A program made the position numbers and the translations under genes. Shown one piece after another: positions 1 to 11,458 of a stretch of 64,000 bases of DNA (the first letter of the stretch is position 1; the number at the start of each line of letters is the position of its first letter). Under the pieces are notes generated by a model, which did not search any database, was not told the origin of the DNA, and worked only from the letters and a program-made list of their open reading frames with translations. This DNA is from Octopus bimaculoides (Eukaryota): positions 61,951,632-62,015,631 of the forward strand of contig NC_068987.1 of the NCBI RefSeq assembly GCF_001194135.2, in the 5' to 3' direction.

Positions 1-1
1 C

Positions 2-428
2 GGTCTTCATACTCTTAATTGCTTTATCTACCCTGGTGCTATCAACTCGGATAGCTGGTCCCTCTATTGGGTCGACATAAGGCAGGCTCTCTTTCTCCCA
101 TTCATTCTCTTTATTAAGCAATCTATCGTAGTGGCATCTCCAGACCTCTTTCTTTGCATCCTCATTTAATGCAAGCGTACCATCATCCATGCGAACACAT
201 TTCTCTCCTACAACATCACTATTCTCTCTCCTACACTGTCTTGCAACACGAAATACCTCGAGTCTTTGGTCCTCACGGCGCAGAACATTGGCAAATCTTT
301 CCTTATCTGCTTCCCCTCTGGCTAAATAAACCTGTCGCCTAGCCTCCCTTCTGGCACATTGGTACAATTCCCTGCTACCACCGTTCTTCCAGTCCTTCCA
401 AGCCTGTTTCTTTTGTCTCCAAGCCTGT
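2..428 (-). mobile_element. RTE-clade LINE ORF2 fragment (region just before RT), 5'-truncated at 428, continues past window start
   Basis: Stop-free minus frame KQAWKDWKNGGSRELYQ...VWRCHYDRLLNKENEWEKESLPYVDPIEGPAIRVDSTRVDKAIKSMKT. Confidence 0.85.
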
Positions 429-479
429 ATATATATATACATATATATATGTATATATATTTATAGATGTATGTATATA

Positions 480-512
<33 letters not shown>

Positions 513-555
513 GTATGTATATATATACATACATGCAAATATGTATGTATATATT
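428..555. repeat. (TA)n/(TACA)n microsatellite; one of many TA/CA/TACA tracts in the window
   Basis: Seen directly; such tracts explain most YIYI/VCVC/HTHT ORFs in the track. Confidence 0.95.
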
Positions 556-1059
556 TTTTCCCCCAACTTTATGCAAATGTGTATAGAGCAGATGAAATGC
601 ATGCTACATATGTTCCTTAGATAGCTGAAGCTCATGATGGAATTCTTATGCAATGGGCTGTGCTCAACATAGCCAATGATCAGGCTGAGATTACTTTAAT
701 GAAATGAATGTTACATTGTCATCCGGAATTTCTAAGCCAGCCACACTACAATCAGTTTAACTGAATAGAAAAGCCAATAATAAAAGATTAAAAAATAAAT
801 TAAAAAAATTAAAAAGCTAAAAGATCAAGTTGTAGGTTAAGAGAACCAATGGGTGATAAAGTAAAAGGGTGAGACCCAGAATATGCAAGATTTGATGTGG
901 TTTAGAGTTGGAAGAAAGTGTGAAAGGGAGGAAAAGAAAGAAAAAAATGAGAAGAAAAGGATTGTTATCATTAAGGGATATATATACGCATATATATATA
1001 TATACACACATACATATTTATACATGTGTATATATATATATATGTGTGTACATATATAT

Positions 1060-1323
1060 ATATCGAAATTGTGATGGCATGAGCACTGATCGAGCGTGTT
1101 CTTTGCCAGAGCAGCTGTCTGGCTTCCGTGTCAGTGGCACGTAAATAGCACCATTTGAGTGTGATCGTTACCAGCGTCGCCTTACTGGCACTTGTGCCGG
1201 TGGCACGTGAAAAAACATTCGAGCGAGGTCGTTGCCAGTGCTGCTGGACTGGCTCCTGTGCAGGTGGCACGTAAAAAACACCATTTTGAGTGTGGCCATT
1301 GCCAGTGCCGCCTGACTGGCCTT
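1060..1323 (+). mobile_element. Isolated RTE 3'UTR piece made of ~65-nt tandem units
   Basis: Same units as those following the RTE stop codon at 14166-14360. Confidence 0.8.
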
Positions 1324-1577
1324 TGTTAATTGTAGAATTTTTTCTTCTCTAAATTACATATATAAGAGAAGTGAATAAAATATTTTTATCAATTTTACTG
1401 GATCATTTAAGCTACATTACATAGTACAACTTTGATGATATTTAGTTATATATAACTAGGAATATAACAGACTTTTGATATTTGGCAATTTTTGTTTTAC
1501 ATACATAGAAAAACCACTATTTCTGGTTTTTGTTTTTTTCTAATGCTTTAATTTCTTGAAATTCAATTTGTTTCCAG

Positions 1578-1717
1578 ATTAACTGTTGAGGAACATCTGT
1601 GGTTCTATGCAAAATTGAGAGGAAGAAAGTCAAAATATCTTTCAGTTGAGATAGATAAAATGATGCATGATGTTGGCTTGTTACATAAAAGAAAAGAGCC
1701 TAGCAAGAATCTTTCAG
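1578..1717 (+). CDS. ABCA1: ABCA exon w1 (NBD1), phase 2/1
   Basis: tttccag| ... |gtgagt; [46 protein letters not shown](G). Confidence 0.93.
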
Positions 1718-4700
1718 GTGAGTTTAACCTTTTCACATCTGTATAATTCCCATAATCTAACATCCAAAAACCACAAACATTTTTAAAATGATCTTTTCTA
1801 GTCTATACATGTGCTACAGTCACCTATTTGACTGTGTTGGTCAATAGAGTTTTGGTGCTGTACAAAAGCACCTAGTACACTCTGTAAAGTGGTTGGTGTT
1901 AGGATGGTCATCCAGCTGAAGAAACCATACCAAAACAGACAGGGAGCCTGAACAGCTCTTCATCTGGTCAGCTCCTGTCAAACCGTACCGTTCAACCCAT
2001 GCTAGCATGGAAAACAGACATTAAATGATGATGATGATGTGACATTAAGGACTATTCAGCTGTAGAAACAATGTCAAAGCTGACATTGGAGTTCAACACA
2101 GCCCTGCAGTTTGCCAGATCTTGTTAAAGCTCTTGCTGGCATGGAAAACATGAATGTAACACTCTAAGCACTAGCTTACTCATCTCCTCACATTATTGGA
2201 TGGCTGTTCACCCTCTTGAGTTTCTCCACTATTTGACTGGTTTTGTTCTTCATCCTGCAGGATTCCAGTAAATCACCCCCTTCACCAAGCCATCTTGGTG
2301 GGTGTCACTGGTTTAGTCACTGATGACCTAACCATATGACAGGTTGTATTAAGTTACATATTACCAGTAGTGTTTGAAAGCAACCTAGTATCTGTACATA
2401 GTGATTTGAGTTTTAACCCTTTAGCATTTAAACCGGCCATATCCAGCTAAAATATTCTACCTATTTTATGTTCAAACCAACCCTACAATATCATTCTAAA
2501 AATTACTCAAAGCTACATGATAATGCATAACTAATACAAAACAATGTGAATAAATAAGTATTACTTTTGACAGAATAATATGAATGCAAAAGGGTTAATT
2601 CCCAAGAGAGATTACCTGATGCACATGTATTTTGAGTGTGTTGGACATTAGTGTGGGGGAAAGAGAAAAATGCTTTCAGATGTTATTGATGTAATGTACA
2701 AAACTTTTGTTGACTGTGTCATGAACTATTTAATTATGTCTGTTACAGGTGGAATGAAGCGTAAGCTTTCAGTAGCCATTTCTTTTATTGGTGGTTCTAA
2801 AACTGTTATACTTGATGAGCCAACTGCAGGAGTAGACCCTAGCTCACGGAGAGATATCTGGGACATTCTTCTAAAATACAGACAAGGTTTGTAAGAATAT
2901 TAACATGTTTAAGCAAAAATAAGCAAAATTTGATTATATAAAAAAGAATTATAAACAAGTGAGATGTGTGTTAGAAAAGAATGAATTCATATGTGACTAG
3001 ACTCCAGTAGGTATAGTCAAAATATTATGATTAAAATTAGAATATTATAGAATCAATTTTGTCATAATCTTTAGTGGAATTGTTCAGAAAAACTATGTAA
3101 TAATAATTTGCTGTTTTTGTTGTTTTTAACACTCCCACCCAATATTGGTCTTAAGAGAACAAACCTGTACTTCACTGGCTTTCTGCAGTTGATCTGATCA
3201 ACAGAACAGCCTGCTTATGAAATTAATGTGCAAGTGGCTGAGTACTCCACAGACACATGTACCCTTAACATAGTTTTCAAGGAAATTCAGCATGACACAG
3301 AATGTGACCAGCCTGGCCTTTTGAATTACAGGAACAACTCATTTTTGCCAGCTGAGTGGACAGGAGCAACATGATATAAAGTGTCATGGTCAAGGACACA
3401 ATGTTGAGCCAGGAATCGAACTCATGACCTTACATTCATGAACCAAATACCCTAACCACTAAACCATGTACCTTCAAACCTACACTTAACGGTTATTCCA
3501 ACTATGGCCATCCTATCTTTCTTTATTTCAGACATGAATTCTATCTATTTAATTCAGTATTTTCTTTCTTTTCTAAGAGTGTAGGATGTAATTTGAATGA
3601 GAGATTTGATTGCTATTTCTAAGCTGAAGTTTTCCCATTAACTCAATTTATTTAAAAACTTTCTTTTGTTAGGTATTCTTTGCATTAATTTTTTTTTTTT
3701 TTTTGTAGAAACCAGCTGTAATTTAAATCAGTTTTTATAACTTTGTATATCATTATAACTCAGATACTTGCTATGGATAAATATGAACGCAACTAAATTT
3801 AGCCTTTTATTGTTGTTAACATGGAACGAATTATTCTTTAAACCATGTGCATCTCTATTATAGTGATCAGGTTTAAGCTGTAAATTGAACTATTATATTG
3901 CAAGAAACAATTTGTTGAAATCTGCAACTACCTTAAGTTTATAATCTCCTTTAAGTCTTATTTTATTTATTGATGGTATTTTTATTTTCTTGCAGTTATT
4001 TCTAGTACTTTCAAAGAAGCTTTATAATTGTTTTAAAATTATTTCCATTAAAAAAAGCCATTTTTGCTTTTAGATCGCACAATCATCTTAACTACACATC
4101 ATATGGATGAAGCTGACATTTTGGGAGATCGAATTGCAATTATATCAAATGGAAAGTTACAGTGTTGTGGTTCAAGTTTATTTCTTAAAAAACAGTATAT
4201 TGATGGCTATTATCTAACAATTGTGAAGGCAGAAAACAAAGAAGATTCAGATAAGAAAAATGAAAAGGTTCCGAGCCTGGATTTATCAAATTCAAGCAGT
4301 TGTCCATCCTTTAAAAGTGCTGTGTCAAGACCATTAAGTAGCCCTGAATCAGTCAATGAGGTAATATAATATTCTATAAATAATGTTTTGCTTGTATTAT
4401 GCCAGACACTTTATTTAACTACAAATCATTATCTGGCTAGGCTTTAAAAGGGCGCATCAATAGGCACAGGAGTGGCTGTGTGGTAAGTAGCTTGCTTACC
4501 AACCACATGATTCAGGGTTCATTCCCACTGCGTGGCATCTTGGGCAAGTGTCTTCTGCTATAGCCTCGGGCCGACCAAAGCCTTGTGAGTGGATTTGGTA
4601 GACGGAAACTGAAAGAAGCCTGTCGTATATATCATCATCATCATCATCGTTTAACGTCCGCTTTCCATGCTAGCATGGGTTGGACGATTTGACTGAGGAC

Positions 4701-4873
4701 TGGTGAAACCGGATGGCAACACCAGGCTCCAGCCTGATTTGGCAGAGTTTCTACAGCTGGATGCCCTTCCTAACGCCNNNNNNNNNNNNNNNNNNNNNNN
4801 NNNNNNNNNNNNNNNNNNNNNNNNNNNNNNNNNNNNNNNNNNNNNNNNNNNNNNNNNNNNCTAACGCCAACCA

Positions 4874-4908
<35 letters not shown>

Positions 4909-6155
4909 ATATGTTTGTGTGTCTGTGTTTGTCCCCCCAACATCACTTGACAACCGATGCTGGTGTGTTTACGTCCCCATAACTTAGCGGTTCGGCAAAC
5001 GAGACTGACAGAATAAGTACTAGGCTTACAAAGAATAAGTCCTGGGGTCGATTTGCTTGACTAAAGGCGGTGCTCCAGCATGGCCACAGTCAAATGACTG
5101 AAACAAGTAAAAGAGTATCATCATCATTGACTTAACACCCACTTTTCCATGCACAAGTGTCTGACAGCATTTGTTAAGGCAAATTTTCTATGGTCAGATG
5201 CCCTTCCTGTCACCAACTCTCACTTATTTTTCAAGTAAGGTAATGTTTACTCATGATCACACATGTTTCTATGTCACTTGGCTTGACATATGCATGGTTA
5301 TACATATATGGTGGGCTTCTTTCAGTTTCTATCTACCAAATCCACTCACAAAGCTTTGGTTGGTCCAGGCCATGGTAGAACACATTTATCCAAGATAATA
5401 TACAGTGGAACTGAACCTATAACCATAGTCATGTCTGCACCTAATGTTCTCATAGAATCATTATGTAAACTGAGCCATAGTCAAAGTGTGCCAGTGACCA
5501 GATTGCAGTGGTGTAACAAAAATTCTGACATCTCAAGAAATAAATGAAAAGTGAACCTAACAGTTTTTTTGAGGTTTTAGATCTTCCACAATGTAATCAC
5601 TTCACTTTCAACACAGTTTCAGGTCAAGTCATTTGTCAGACAAGTACAACACTGAAATATATAGTTTTATGACTGTTTGTTAGTCATGCACTATCTTGTC
5701 TAATTGCTGTTGAGTGCATCCAGTCTGTATATTAGTTTTGATTTTCAATTAAACCATTCCATTCCATTTCTTTCTGATACTCTGATACAATATAAAGATG
5801 AAGTCTTTGATACTAACACATAAATCCATAAGAAGTATCGGCAAAAGAGACCAATAGAATAAGTACTAGGCTTACAAAGAATAAGTCCTGGGGTCGATTT
5901 ATTCGACTAAAGGCGGTGCTCCAGCATGGCCACAGTAAAATGACTGAAACAAATAAAAGAATATAATGCCTTTGTGTTGTAAGAAGATGTCTTAATCCCT
6001 ACCCAATTTACCTCGTGCAATAACACTGGAATTCAAGACAGGATGCCCCTGGGAGCTCCTCTATGCTGATGACCTTGTGCTAATTGCTGAGTCACTATTA
6101 GAACTAGAGGAGGAGTTTCAGGTGTGAAAGCAAGGACTAGAATCCTTTATATTGT

Positions 6156-6201
<46 letters not shown>

Positions 6202-8017
6202 TATAATTTGCATTTTGCTTATGTTTTCACGTGTTACAATCTCATTTTAGTTTATCCCATCAGTCAAATCTGAAGAGAAAATACCTGCTGATCTATCAAG
6301 TTTTAATGAACAAGACAATTCCTTGAAAAAAGAATCTTCATTGTCAGACTATGCTGAAAATCTTTCAACTCCTGGTAAGTTTATTAGTTATGTTTCCTGT
6401 TTTTTTTCTTTTTATTTCCCCTTTATTTATTAGATTTGTGTTTTATGTGTATCATCCTAACATAATTTTCTGTTGTTTGCTCATTTCTCATCACCTCTCT
6501 TTCATCTCTGCTACTTATGGCAATGCCATAAGTCTTGTTTTTCTAATGAAAGCATGCTGACACATCAGGTATGGTTTATTTTTTTTGATTTCCTTAATAT
6601 CTTAGTTTATCTCTCAAAAATCTCATCTGGCACAATACCTATGATGTTAAGATGCTAAACTTTCTAACCACATGGTAGTTTGTTGTTGGCACTCCGTCGC
6701 TTACGACGTCGAGGGTTCCAGTTGATCCGATCAATGGAACAGCCTACTCGTGAAATTAACGTGCAAGTGGCTGAGCACTCCACAGACACATGAACTCTTA
6801 ACATAGTTCTCGAAGATATTCAGCGTGACACAGTGTGACAAGGCTGACCCTTTAAATTACAGGCACAACAGAAACAGGAAGTAAGAGTGAGAGAAAGTTG
6901 TGGTGGAAGAGTACAGCAGGGTTCGCCACCATCCTCTGCCGGAGCCTTGTGGAGCTTTAGGTGTTTTCGCTCAATAAACACTCACAATGCCTGGTCTGGA
7001 AATCGAAACCGCGAGTCCGTTGCCCTAACCACTGGGCCATTGCGCCTCCACTACATGGTAGTAACTTCAAATGAAAACACTTAAACTGCTTTGTCTCTGT
7101 TAGGCTTGCAAATAAGTTTCATACACTATTCTGCAGTGGAGCAATTAGAAACAAGAAGGAAGTGTACTTTTAAAGACAAGTGTTCTATTATTATCTTGCT
7201 TTTCTTGTGCCATCAAGTTGATAAACCTTCTCTGGAGACCTGTTTGACAAGCACTAACTACTATGATCATTTCGGATCATTTTCAGCTGGTGGTGAATTA
7301 GTTGGTTGCTCACCCATTGTTTCATGTCATTAATCCAATGCAGACATGGTCTCCCATATATATANNNNNNNNNNNNNNNNNNNNNNNNNNNNNNNNNNNN
7401 NNNNNNNNNNNNNNNNNNNNNNNNNNNNNNNNNNNNNNNNNNNNTATATATATATATATATACATACATACATACATACATACATACATACATACATACA
7501 TACATACATACAGATATACATATATGTGTGTGTGTATGTACTGTTGTGGCCAAAAGTTTGGAATATTTTTTTTTAAATTAAAGTTGTTATGGCTAAGTAC
7601 AATTTGATTCAAATATATACAACATAGAAATATACTTGCCTAATAATTGATCCAATGGTTCAATGTCTAGGGGAAAAATAGGCAAAATCAAAAATAAGTT
7701 CTAGACCTAATTGCTTACTATAAATATAATTTTGGGCATTTAATATAAAAATTCTAATTTTCAAACTTATGTTCAAAACTTTTGGTCATGACTATGCATG
7801 TATACAATACCAAACAGGGGCAGAAATAGCCTGAAATCAGGACTGGTCTACTGGTCCTGTCGCTAGAAGGTGGTAAAGGTTTGCTTCCTTGCTCACAGTT
7901 TATCAGATGCAGTTCTGCATTGTTAACCAGCTAGTCGGGATGTCCTCTTGGGGTTAAAAAATTGCAGTAGAGTCCATTCGAACAGACAACCATGTTGAAG
8001 TAAATACAAATATTACT

Positions 8018-8048
<31 letters not shown>

Positions 8049-8128
8049 NNNNNNNNNNNNNNNNNNNNNNNNNNNNNNNNNNNNNNNNNNNNNNNNNNNN
8101 NNNNNNNNNNNNNNNNNNNNNNNNNNNN

Positions 8129-8177
<49 letters not shown>

Positions 8178-9436
8178 TACTCTGATGTTGTTTTTGTTGC
8201 ATATGAAGTTTAATTTTAAAACTATATAACATGTTGTTCTCTACAGGATTTTCAAAAGATCGGCTGGTAGCTTTCATAAAGAAATATGTACCAAATTCGG
8301 AATTAATTGAAGATATTGGCACTGAGATTTGTTTTCAACTCATCAATGATGAAGAAGCTAACTTTGAAGAATTGTTTTCCTCTTTGGAATTAAACTATGC
8401 TGATCTTGGCATTTCAACTTATGGAATATCTGATACTACCTTAGAAGAAGTAAGATATAAATTTATTTTATATTGCCAGACAACTAATGACACTAATTTT
8501 TCACTGTATAAAAATTGATAACCTTTCATCTTTCTAAATTTGGAAGAAAGAAGAAATGGTTGAGAGAGAAATATTTGCTTTTGTTAATATTAATGCTGTG
8601 TAATAAAATAAATTTTAAGATTTTAAACACTCACTCTTCGTACATTTTGCATGTTTCTGTGTATATTTGCGTATGTTTGTGTATGTGTATAATGCATGCA
8701 TGCATACATACATACATACATGTGTGTATATGTATATGTATGTATGTTTATATGTATGTAAATATATATGGATATACATATACATATATATATATATCAT
8801 CATCATCATCATTTAGTGTCTGCCTTCCATGTTGGCATATATATATATATATATATATATTCATATGTGTCAGTATTATATACAGTATCTCACAGAAGTA
8901 TGTACACTCCTAAAAATTTTCAGTAAAATTACCATTACTCTGATAATATCGAAGGAAATTAAATGAAATTTATGCTCAATAAAATATATTATACATGCAA
9001 ACATTATACAAAACAATAAACATTTTCAAACACAACCATCTTTATCTCTCTTTACCTGGTAGCTCCCACCCACTCTTATGTAATGCAAGCAGCCATATAT
9101 TCCCTTTACAGAAAATATATTTCTTTTAGAGAAATGTTCTGGCCCTTTCCTTCATACTTTAACCTTTCCTTACCCAAGATAAAACTACCTCACTTTCTGC
9201 TGTAGTCCCACTCAGTTGAAAAGGATTTTAGTCTTGTGAGTTACATGATGGCCTTACCAATGTTGGAGCCATGATAAAAATACCCTGTGCCCTTGGTAAT
9301 GTAGCTGGCATTAGGAAGGGCATTCAGCTGTAGAAACCATGCCAGAGTAGACATTGGAGCTCAATGCTGTCCTCCTATCTGCTGGATTCTGTCAAACTAT
9401 CCAACCCATGTCAGCATGCAGACAGATTTTAAAAGA

Positions 9437-9475
<39 letters not shown>

Positions 9476-11423
9476 CACACACACATGCATGGTAGTTTTG
9501 AACAGTGAAAATGAGTACTCAATACTGCATTGGTGGACAAATATTCTTTATTTGTGGATTAACAAGGTTACTTTTGATTTCATGTAAAGAGATTCTTTAC
9601 AGTTGTGCAAGCATACCACATGGAAATGTTGGTACTNNNNNNNNNNTATATATATAAATATATATATATGCATACGCACACATATAGATACATACATACA
9701 TACAAACATATATATATATATATAAATATATATATATGCACACACACAAACATACATTTAAATATTTATATATATGCGTGAGTGAATATACATGTGTATA
9801 TATTTGTGTCTACACACACATCTGTTCAGTAGTTTCATGTACACTGAGTGCCTTAGTAGAGATGAAGAAAAAATTAAGGTTAAGATGTTTAGCTAGGACT
9901 TGTTATGAAACTGACAACTTGTATTTACTATGTTGTCTTGTGAAAGAAGAAGAGTAATAGAATTACTTTGCTGAGGAGCAGGAGTGTATGGAATTGATTA
10001 GACAAGTGAGGATTTTTTTTTCCTTTTTTCTTTCTTCTAAAACCTACAGAATGCTGATCCTGTCTTAAGAGGAATAAAATATCTTTTCTTGTTGGTATTG
10101 CCTCAGTCTGCAATTTGTCTTCTTACCAGAAACTGGTGTTGTTAATGCATTCTGGTAATGAAGTATTGATGTTGGGATCACTTTTAAAATGTTAGGTATT
10201 TCTAAAGTGATGTTTTGTGAGAAAGGCAGAGCTAGAGAAAGTAAAAGACTTTCTGTGAATTGAATGTTAAATATATGATAAAGAGAAAGATAGATAGAGA
10301 GAGAGAGAGAGAGCATTGATAAGGGAGAGGAATAATTTAATTTAGCTAAGATTAAAGTACTAGCTGTGGTGTAGTGTGGGTTTTGGCTGCCCTGTCTAGC
10401 AACCAAATTGGTTGTTCACTTTCTTAAATGTAACATACCTTTGACTATAGCAAACATGTTTATATAAACTGATTGTTGTATGTAATCTAAACACCTTGTA
10501 TATCCCATGCTATGCCCCTAAAAGACCCAGTAATTAAAACACTATATAATTAAAAGAAATAAATCATGGAAGATTTTTTTGGTTAGGGTTAATTCAGTAC
10601 TCCATGATTCCATTCAGTTAGATATTTCTCACACTAAGTTTGAGTTCAACCAAATGTCTCGTTAAACATCTTTTTAAGCATTTGGTGTTGAACAATGCCA
10701 ATATCTCGAAGTTGTGCATCTTAAAATTCAGTATAATATCTTAATTTTAATTTTACTTGCAATCTATCTTTTGCATGCTGTGTATATCCTAAACCTTAGT
10801 ATTTTTATGGCATTATGTGTTCAAAGAGTTCATGGCACTACAGATGCATAATTGTGTCTCTTAACTATTTGTTTGATATTTAAAGAACTATGAATCTTAG
10901 TTCATCCTTGCTCTCTGCATTTTTTTTTTTTGTTATTTTTTTGGGGAGAAATTTCATTATTTAAAAGAAATTGTTCCTCTTCAACTGTTTCTATTGTTTC
11001 ATGTTGATTTGTGTGTGTGTGTGATTTTTAAAAACTTTTCTTTCTTTATATATTTTCATCTATAATTATTATTTTCCTTTATTGCACAACAGTTCGGTCA
11101 GTTTTGCAAAAAACTGTCAAATTTAATTTAAGATATAGGAAGCTCACCCACCTTAATAACTATAATAATAATAATGATGATGATGATGATCCTTTCTACT
11201 GTAGGCACAAGGCCTGAAATTGCAGGGAAGGTGGTTAGTAGGATATCTCAACCCCAATGTTCAACTGGTACTTGTTTTAATGACCCTTTGAGGATCAAAG
11301 CAATGTCAACCTCAACAGAATTTGAACTCACGACATAAAGAACCAGAAGAAATGCCACCAAGCATGTTGTTCAGCATACTAACAATTTTGCCAGCTCACC
11401 GTCTTAATAATAATTATTGAAAA

Positions 11424-11458
<35 letters not shown>

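Noticed and set aside
1060-1323. Regular ~65-nt repeats as a CRISPR array
   Set aside because: Eukaryotic intron, no cas genes, no unique spacers; the same units belong to the RTE 3'UTR.
4462-4540. tRNA genes at SINE heads (also 35111, 15994)
   Set aside because: A/B boxes only, no complete cloverleaf, and each continues into a SINE body.
6264-6374. Alternative acceptor CAG at 6261-6263 for w4
   Set aside because: Out of frame with w3 and reaches a stop within the exon.
7240-7340. Minus-strand [15 protein letters not shown], like an RTE C-terminus
   Set aside because: Too short and degenerate, and next to a gap; not listed as a feature.
10049-10150. Strong-looking acceptor (pyrimidine tract, CTACAG) as an extra exon
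   Set aside because: w5 and w6 join directly in the conserved TLEE|VFLKV; the frame has no ABCA similarity and stops.
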